A stretch of 60,591 nucleotides of DNA, filler included, from Dugesia japonica (taxonomy: Eukaryota): assembly GCA_001938525.1 (NCBI GenBank). It is 5 parts of 5 records of this genome, joined end to end, with 100 filler letters (N's around TTAATTAATTAA, not from the genome) between each part and the next. Parts side by side here need not be neighbours in the genome. Positions count along the whole stretch, not along the records: positions 46,656 to 60,591 come from MQRL01626046.1; 4 more parts are not named here. The stretch is one strand, 5' to 3'. The notes beneath the pieces are model-generated. The model was not told where the DNA came from. It was given only the letters and a program-made list of their open reading frames with translations, and made no database searches. Below, one piece after another: positions 53,398 to 60,591 of the stretch. Both the position numbers and the translations under genes were made by a program. Position 1 is the first letter of the stretch. Each line of letters opens with the position of its first letter.

Positions 53398-55873
53398 ATT
53401 TCCGCTATATTATTCTTGTGACACTGCTGCTAATCTCTTGGTTTGGTGGTTTACCGATGTTGCCAATCTTTTTTCTTTTAACGCCTCTTCCTCTTCCGGT
53501 TGTCCCAGAGGTTTTGTTATAGGCCTACCTCTACTTTTAGGTTCAGTAATTGTTTCCGCATCCACTCTTGTTAGTGCTGGTTTTGGTGGTGCATCTTCTT
53601 CCGTTTCTGTTGGGTTTTTCATTTCTAATGGGTGCTTTTGATCCATTAATTCATCCATTACCGATGAGGGAAATTCCTTTGCTATTTTGCTCAATATTGG
53701 TGACAATAGCTGTTCCTCTAACACTGATTTTGTTGTGATTATTGGTAGGTCGTCGATGTTCTGTGTTTTCTGGTTCTCTTTTATCTGTTCCTTGATACCC
53801 GTCAATACTCCGTTTACGTATAATTCGGTTATTTCCTCCATTCGATCCTCTAAATCTGGTGGCTGGGTTGTCTGTGGCTCCTCCTCTACATCTAACTCGC
53901 AGATTTCTCCTGACTTTGCATGGCATTGAAATATGTGTTTATCTTCGTCATCGTTTTCAACCAATTTACCATTTATGTATAAAGGTTCCATTGTTAATCC
54001 ACACTCTTACCACTTGTCGGTAACGGCATCCATTAAATCCATCATGTTTATTCCTTGTGGCTTTAATCGACTTTACTTAGTCATGTCCTGCTTATTCTTG
54101 CCTATATTCAAGTATAATGTATAATCCTGAATGTTGGTAGCCGCCGATATTTCCTCAGCATATTTCTGTCTAATTGTGAGCCATTGATTTTCGATTTCTT
54201 CTGGTATTTCCATCCCATCGTATATATCGTAAATTCTATTCATTATCATCCAATAGGTTTCTCAGGGTAACTTTTCTTTATCCGCTTGTACTCTGTTAAC
54301 CATTTCCTCTACTTTACGCATCGCTACTACTTCTCTTGATGCCATTTGCCGCATCCTTATCATTCTCTTCTCTCCAACCGTTGTTTGAGTATGTTTTCTC
54401 TCCTCTTCTGTCAGCTTATCTTTCTTTCCCAATACTATAGAAAGTATTTTTATCTTGATTGGTTCTATCTCTTGTTTATATAGGTGTTCCATTTCTCCCA
54501 TGATTTCTAGTGCAGATCTTCCGTTTTTTGTTACCCACACATCATAATCTATACCAGGATGTTTATCTAATATTATTAATTCGATTTCCTCTCCTGGTTT
54601 CACTCCGTAATCATATAAATGATTTTTTCTCGCGCTGAAATCTACTAGAGCACTTGGGATGCATACACATTTATCTTCTAAATACGGATAGCCTGCCTGA
54701 CCCAAGGGCCGATTCCAAGTCTTCTACCAATAATCCATTGAGCGTTAATTTCATATTTCCTTCTGGGTTGTATAACCATAATTGGTAGTCTGACAATCCC
54801 ATGTTTGATATTAACCAATCAAAGTGTACTAGCAACCTCTCTGTCTATTTGCTCTCGAAATTGGTAACCAATTTTATAACCTCTAGTAACTCCTTCTATC
54901 GATTAGTTAATTTGAAATATACTTCTTTCTTAATTGTATAGTAAAGTTTCTGGGCGCCTGTTAGTATCTCATCGATTCGAGCTAATGATAATCGTGATGC
55001 TTCCTTTTGTTCTACCTTAGGATAGTTCATCAATCTCACTTCCTTGAGTCGTTGTTTCTGGTTTTCGTGAGACTTTGCGGGAATTATTTCCTTAAGGAAT
55101 GTTTCTTCTAGTTTATGATATAACCCGATAGTATCTATTTCCTGGAATACTATTTGTGGTCTTTATACCAAACCCCAATTTATTAGTTTAATTAATGTTG
55201 CTTCATGGGGGCGCATTCCGTAGTAAATTAAACTTTTATCATCTGGGAGAATGTTGATCCCTATATTACCGATTTGCAGTCTGTGACAGTTCCGATTTCC
55301 GGTCCATTGATGCTGATCATTAAATAGGGGTAATTTAAAAAATGAATTTACCGTTATTCATTTGATGCCATCCACTTCTCTCCGTTCTATTTCATTAATG
55401 GCTTCTTTTAAGTGTCGTAATCCCTTTGGTGCTAATTTTAATCGTTTTGGGATGAATTCAGGGTTATTATGCCATACACATTGTATTTCAAATCCATAAT
55501 CTTTTAACGCGGTTTCCTTGTATAATTCCGCAATAAAATCCGATATTGTCTTCTACCAGTTTGCTTTTACTTTTGCGTGTACTTGTGGATGTTGGTACAA
55601 CCTGAGCAACTGATACATCACTGGTCTTTTCCCAGTAATGATTGTTGATGCTTCTATTGTTTTGTAAATAATCTCATTAGTCCATTCGAATTCTGGTGAC
55701 GTAATCAGTATTCGGTTCCTGGTGTCTTCCATCATCGTAACTTCCGTGGTTTCATCATATTGGTTATAGATTTGTCTATGAGTTCTAATCATATTACACT
55801 GATTTTTGTGTTGTTCGTTGAGTAAGTTTCTTTTTGCTCACCTCGCTTGTTGCACCTGTAAATCTTGGTTTTG

Positions 55874-56860
55874 CTATTTAAGCCAGTGGTTTTCTTGTTG
55901 GACTTTATTATATACATTGTCATAAGTGTTCTGCTGTACTAAGTTGACCTGTTCTTTATTTTGATTTACTTGTTGCCTTAATCTCTCGTTTTCATGCATC
56001 AAGTTATCCAGATTCGTGTTTGAATTTCGATTGTAACTTGTTTGGTTTCCATTTGGACATTCCTTCGCCATATGGCCTCTTCTGTTACATTTATAACACA
56101 CGGTTGCATTTTTAAGGAAACAAGTTTCTACATTATTATGTGCAAAACCGATTATTGTTGTTGTTGCCTTTGCTTCTGCATTCTCTTGCTATGTGTCTTC
56201 TTCTCCCGCAAGCATTACATTGTATATCTCGGTTGTTTTGCCAATTATTTCGTTGCAAGTTGAATACTCCGCCATTTTCTCCGGGGTAATTTGGCTTAGT
56301 ATTTCTATTACTCAGTTCCTGCACTAGCGACAGAGTTTTCATCATAGACTGGGTATTTGGTATGAAATCCGATATTCGCGGAATGGTTTCTTCAGTCTGA
56401 GCTTCTACATTAAATACTCGTTCTGTTGGCCGATCGGACGCAATTCGCAATATTGCTAATGAATCATGTAACGTTTCTGGTCTACCTAATTTTACAATAG
56501 GTTTTGCGGTTTCGTCTTCCGTTTAGAAAGATGGCTAGTACTTGGCTATCTTCCCATTTTTCTCCTAATGCCAATTTTACTCTTCTCTTGAGTTCCATTA
56601 TATAAGCTTGGTAGGTTTCACCACGTTGTTGTTTCCGGTGAGTAAATTGTTCAAGGTCCTGGCCTGTTAATTTTAGATTTTGAAAATTATCAGTTAAAAT
56701 TTTCTCTACATTTTCCCATCTATCGGGAATACTTTCCATTCCATTGGTGTTATCCCAGAATACGGTTTTAACGACTCTCTTCGCTTCATCGTCCCATCCG
56801 CAGGTTTTGACATACATTTCAAAATTTTGTAAATATTCGTCCAATTTCTCCGGTATTCAG
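55874..56860 (-). pseudogene. Gag: capsid-like region plus CCHC zinc knuckles
   Basis: DEYLQNFEMYVKTCGWDD...RKQQRGETYQAYIMELKR...FLNG; CNACGRRRHIAREC; a partly deleted middle knuckle FC..HNNVETC; CYKCNRRGHMAKEC. Confidence 0.85.
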
Positions 56861-57639
56861 CTAAAATATTCGCCTTCGAATTTTATTTTCCATTCCGGGA
56901 GCTGTGTTTCGGTTTTTGTTGAATTAGTTTTTTCTTTATCGGGATGGAATTTTATTTCAAAATTTTTGGTAACTGGTGGGTTTGTTTAGTTTCCTTGGTT
57001 TTCCTTCGTCTTCTGTGCTTCCTTGGTTACCACTTGCTACNTCTGTTAATTCTATTTCTTTTGATGTATAACTTAGTCCACTTAGTCGGTTTCTATCCGT
57101 TTAAGGGTTACTGAGTGTTCGCCTCTGGATTATTTGATTTTCTTTGTCACTTGTGCTACTGTTGGAACTGATGGTCTCTACGGTTTGTTTATTGGGATCT
57201 GATTTTCCGAGGACACAGATGTCTCCTTCCTGGTCTAAATATAGTGATGTTTTGATTTTCTTCCTCGAGGACTATTTGCGTCTGACTTTTAAAATTGAAC
57301 TTGGTGTAGGTAATCCGTTTGTGCTAGCTCGGGTAGCTGGTTTCCTGTTATCAGAGTGGGAATCTATTTTATTACAGTCCGGCTTGTTAGTTGCCTATTG
57401 CGCTTCCTTAATTTCTTCCTTTTAAATTCCTTAATTAAGTATTCCTTTATTTTTCCTTAATCAAGTCTTTCTTTTAACTGCTAGGTTATCTCTTCCTAAA
57501 TGTGGGAGTACCCATTTTTTCATAGTATAGGCAAACTCTTCTGTTTTCCTTCGTTTTATTCAATGTAATGTAATGTATTCAATGTAATGTAATTCATGGG
57601 GGAGTACCGAGAGTTTTCTTATGGATCGGGGCCCCGTTT

Positions 57640-58230
57640 GAAGAACCCTTTTTCGTGCAGGCGAACGCTTCCGGCTTCTCTTCCTTTATATTCTTCCTCT
57701 AATCAGGCTTCCTTTAGTGTGCTTCTTTTCTTACGTAGGCTTCCTTTAATATGCTTCCTTAATTTTGCTTCTTTCCTCACGTAGACTTCCTTAAATATAC
57801 TTCCTCCTTGTCAGGCTTCCTTTAATATTCTTCCTTGGTGTTTCCTTCCATACGCAGGCTTCCTTAAATATGCGCGCAGAAACATATCCACTATATACCT
57901 AATTATTTCTTCAATTATGGTCCTTAGACAACTGTTGTGGCTACTTTTTACGAAGGTGATAAATCTTCTGATTGCAATTTACCAGTTGGGGATCTATATT
58001 TTCCATAGCTGTGTTCATAGTAAGCATTACTGGATATTCTTCCTAATTTCTTCCTGTTAATCTTCCTTTTATTATATCTTCCTTTAATATCTTCCTTAGT
58101 TTTCCTCCTGATTAGCTTCCTTTGATTTCTTTCTAATTATCTTCCTTCCTGATTAGCTTACTTTAATTTATCTTCCTTTACTTTATCTTCCTGTAATTTA
58201 TCTTCCTGTAGTTTATCCTCCTTCCTGGTT
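57640..58230. repeat. Degenerate short repeats (GGCTTCCTT / ATCTTCCT) in the element leader
   Basis: Many (C)TTCCT(T) units with irregular 12-35 bp spacing. Confidence 0.6.
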
Positions 58231-58836
58231 ATGAATTTCCATGATGATCTCCATGGATATCTCAACATGATCTCTGAAAATATAAAATAACGATTTCTTA
58301 TATATTTTACTTCCTATTTATAACCTGATTTCTATTCTGTTTCATTTACCCTAAATATATTATTTTAATATCATAATAAAACTTCCGAAATTTCTTTCTG
58401 ATTCATTTATTCTCAATATAATACTTTTTGAATTTAAAATTTTAATAATTTATTTATTCAGATATTAATCGTATATTTATTCATTAAAAATGTTAATAAG
58501 ATTTGACATCATATCTTTCTTGATTGATTTATTACACGTCCCTAAAGGTGTTTGTTTCCTGAAAGATTTTGTCAAATCCCGGCTGAACCCACAAAATTCT
58601 TGTTTTGGTTCCACTTGATGGATGNNNNNNNNNNNNNNNNNNNNNNNAGAGGATCCCCCTTCAAGAATTTAATCTAAATTCCCTATTTAGATTTTCGGTA
58701 TAGAGCGGTTGACCTTCAACATTTACTTGAGGTACACGCTCGTATACCTTTAATTCGGGTTCGTTACTTTTCCCTATATCCTAATTAATGACTAAATTAA
58801 TAACGCGTTAAATAACGAAAATTTATTTCTACATAT

Positions 58837-59142
58837 TTACATAAAATCGAGCGCACCCGGGTCTAACCACTGGGTTGGCTCGGGTGGTGTGAAGTCAAAA
58901 GCGGCTTCATCATCCTCGCTGTTCCAGCGAGTCCACGTTTCCTGCTCTAAGCGATTAGATAAATCGGCAATATATTGCTGCAGAAACTCTATCTTATGAT
59001 TCAGGATCTGTTTTGATTGTTCGGCCAGCTCTCCTTGTTTTTTGAATATTAAATCGAGTTTTTTGATCAATCGGTTACGCTGAGTTAAATTTCTCAATAA
59101 AGCTCTCTCATTCTGACGCTTGATATGCCTTTCTAACGGCAA
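58837..59142 (-). CDS. Small coiled-coil ORF just inside the putative 5' LTR, function unknown
   Basis: Uninterrupted 101 codons (TTG start), heptad-like LNHKIEFLQQYIADLSNRLEQ and an acidic/aromatic tail. Confidence 0.4.
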   Translation of the reverse strand: MPLERHIKRQNERALLRNLTQRNRLIKKLDLIFKKQGELAEQSKQILNHKIEFLQQYIADLSNRLEQETWTRWNSEDDEAAFDFTPPEPTQWLDPGALDFM

Positions 59143-59167
59143 CTTTTAGATCAAGCGATCACACCGA

Positions 59168-59555
59168 TGTAAGCTACTTGGGAGTCGAATACGAGGCACT
59201 AAACAATAATCCTAAAACTCTTGAATTTCACGGTGAGCTTCTTAGACTCACCTAACAATATATAATCTTTTATAAATTTAATAAAGTGATAACTGCTGCC
59301 CTGATTTTAATACATATATGTTTAATGATCGTATCCTTAAAATTATTAATGACATTATAAGATGAACAGTATTGTCTATCCTTGAAGTAATATTTAGTAT
59401 AATAAAAGAGAACATTTGTTGAATATGATAACGATGATAATGTCGAAGATTAAAGTCGATAAATAAAAGCTGATCATTAGGATGTAAGAAACCAGAGAGA
59501 GTATAATCGGTAAAAGATTTCTAACGAAATGCATATGAGCATGCACTCTATTACA
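59168..59555 (-). repeat. Putative LTR (388 bp, TGTAA...TTACA)
   Basis: 5-bp inverted termini TGTAA/TTACA upstream of the Gag-containing region. The following sequence TCGGTGTGATCG is only weakly PBS-like, and no second LTR is in the window. Confidence 0.45.
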
Positions 59556-60591
59556 TTTGGAGTATGGGATTATTTTCTTTTCCGGTGGTACCTTTTGATT
59601 CGAAAAAATTTAATTTTTGGGATTTTCATGCACCGTTAATGACAGAAAATTACACTTTTGCCTATAATCGTTTGTCGTATACATGGTGACTAACTAAATC
59701 CTTAGAAAATCAATAGCTGAAGATATAAATAAACAAAAATATATCCATATTTTAGATTTTTAATTAAATAATTCAATGATTTCCTCAATCTTCAAAAGTA
59801 AAACAAATTAAAATATTGATTAAAACATGAATCGATTAAAGAATGATACTGATTAAAGTTCAAGTTTTGCATAACTTAGAAACACATAAGTAAAAAATAT
59901 TTTCCAACTAATGAAATTTTAATGTTTAAAAATTGCAAACTAGCAATTAACACTTCAATTATTTTTCATTATTGTAAAACGTGGGCACGTGAATATAGCA
60001 CCAAAGTTGTGGTAAAATAAATTTTATCATTCATTAATGTTAAATTATGGTTATTAAGGTAAACCTAATCATCTAAATAAATTATCAGCTACCCAAGAGA
60101 TAAACTGAACATGATAATTCTTGTTTATATGTAACACACAAATATAGAGGATATACAGTGTGTAGGGTGACACATGCACATGAATTCGTGCTCAATATGA
60201 GTTGGCACCAAAATTGCCATTGGTATGATGAGTAGGATACATTGAGTTTGTCATGTCAGAACTTGCGAAATGAGTGCCATCCCTGATATCATTGGTGTAT
60301 GCACATGCTGTACTACTCATTTTACACAGTAACTATGATACTGCTGCTCTAACCGATTGTTACATAATCTAATAAAATCTAAGAAACCAGTTACTATGCC
60401 AGTGAGTTAAATTCAATTAAGTTAATTTACAGAAAAATAGAACATTAAATTCCACTATGTTGAATGTTTAATTTTCAGAAATATCAATAAAGTCTTAATA
60501 ATTAAAAGTTGCATTTAATTTTTTTTAAGTTGAGAAAAACTTTCAATACAATTTTTTAATGAAAAATATTTGCAATCAAAACTTGTTTAAC

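Larger units (their letters stand above)
52050..59555 (-). mobile_element. Decayed large LTR retroelement: LTR - small ORF - leader - Gag - unknown region - Bcl-2-like - Env-like glycoprotein (3' truncated, no pol seen)
   Basis: Higher GC than host. Same-strand ORF fragments from ~57500 to 52050 join via stops or small indels. Gag helix region (RKQQRGETYQAYIMELK) and CCHC knuckles. Putative LTR 59168-59555. Confidence 0.75.

Noticed and set aside
52050-57520. Stop-codon reassignment or programmed readthrough explaining the in-frame stops
   Set aside because: All three stop types and frameshifts occur, and host genes use the standard code; neutral decay is sufficient.
52460-57784. Plus-strand ORFs over the retroelement (e.g. 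52630-52953, 53255-53641, 57144-57425)
   Set aside because: Antisense shadows of the minus-strand polyprotein; no recognisable motifs.

Overview
Very AT-rich eukaryotic (ciliated invertebrate) genomic DNA with short 42-53 nt GT-AG introns and (AAT)n/(ATTAT)n microsatellites. Its style is reminiscent of a planarian flatworm, but the taxon is an inference. The window is not one continuous locus: four artificial 100-nt linkers (N44-TTAATTAATTAA-N44 at 13222, 26016, 36670, 46556) join five contigs. Host genes: six exons of an axonemal dynein heavy chain (DNAH10-like, minus), an SLC16/MCT transporter exon, CISD3 (two CDGSH domains), intronless HSD17B14-like SDR head-to-head with AMMECR1. The rest is mostly decayed transposons: hAT, mariner, IS630-Tc1, MULE, Gypsy, microsatellite-embedded LTR-like elements and Maverick/Polinton-like termini. 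The standout is a decayed LTR retroelement at ~52050-59555 (minus). Its reconstructed ~1800-codon polyprotein reads Gag (CCHC knuckles) - long unknown region - Bcl-2-like domain (BH3/BH1/BH2, split by a 1-nt frameshift) - signal peptide - chuvirus-type envelope glycoprotein, with no recognisable pol. It abuts a Maverick-like segment carrying a divergent TBP-like fragment and an intron-containing, internally duplicated gene. All family assignments come from recalled motifs, not database searches.
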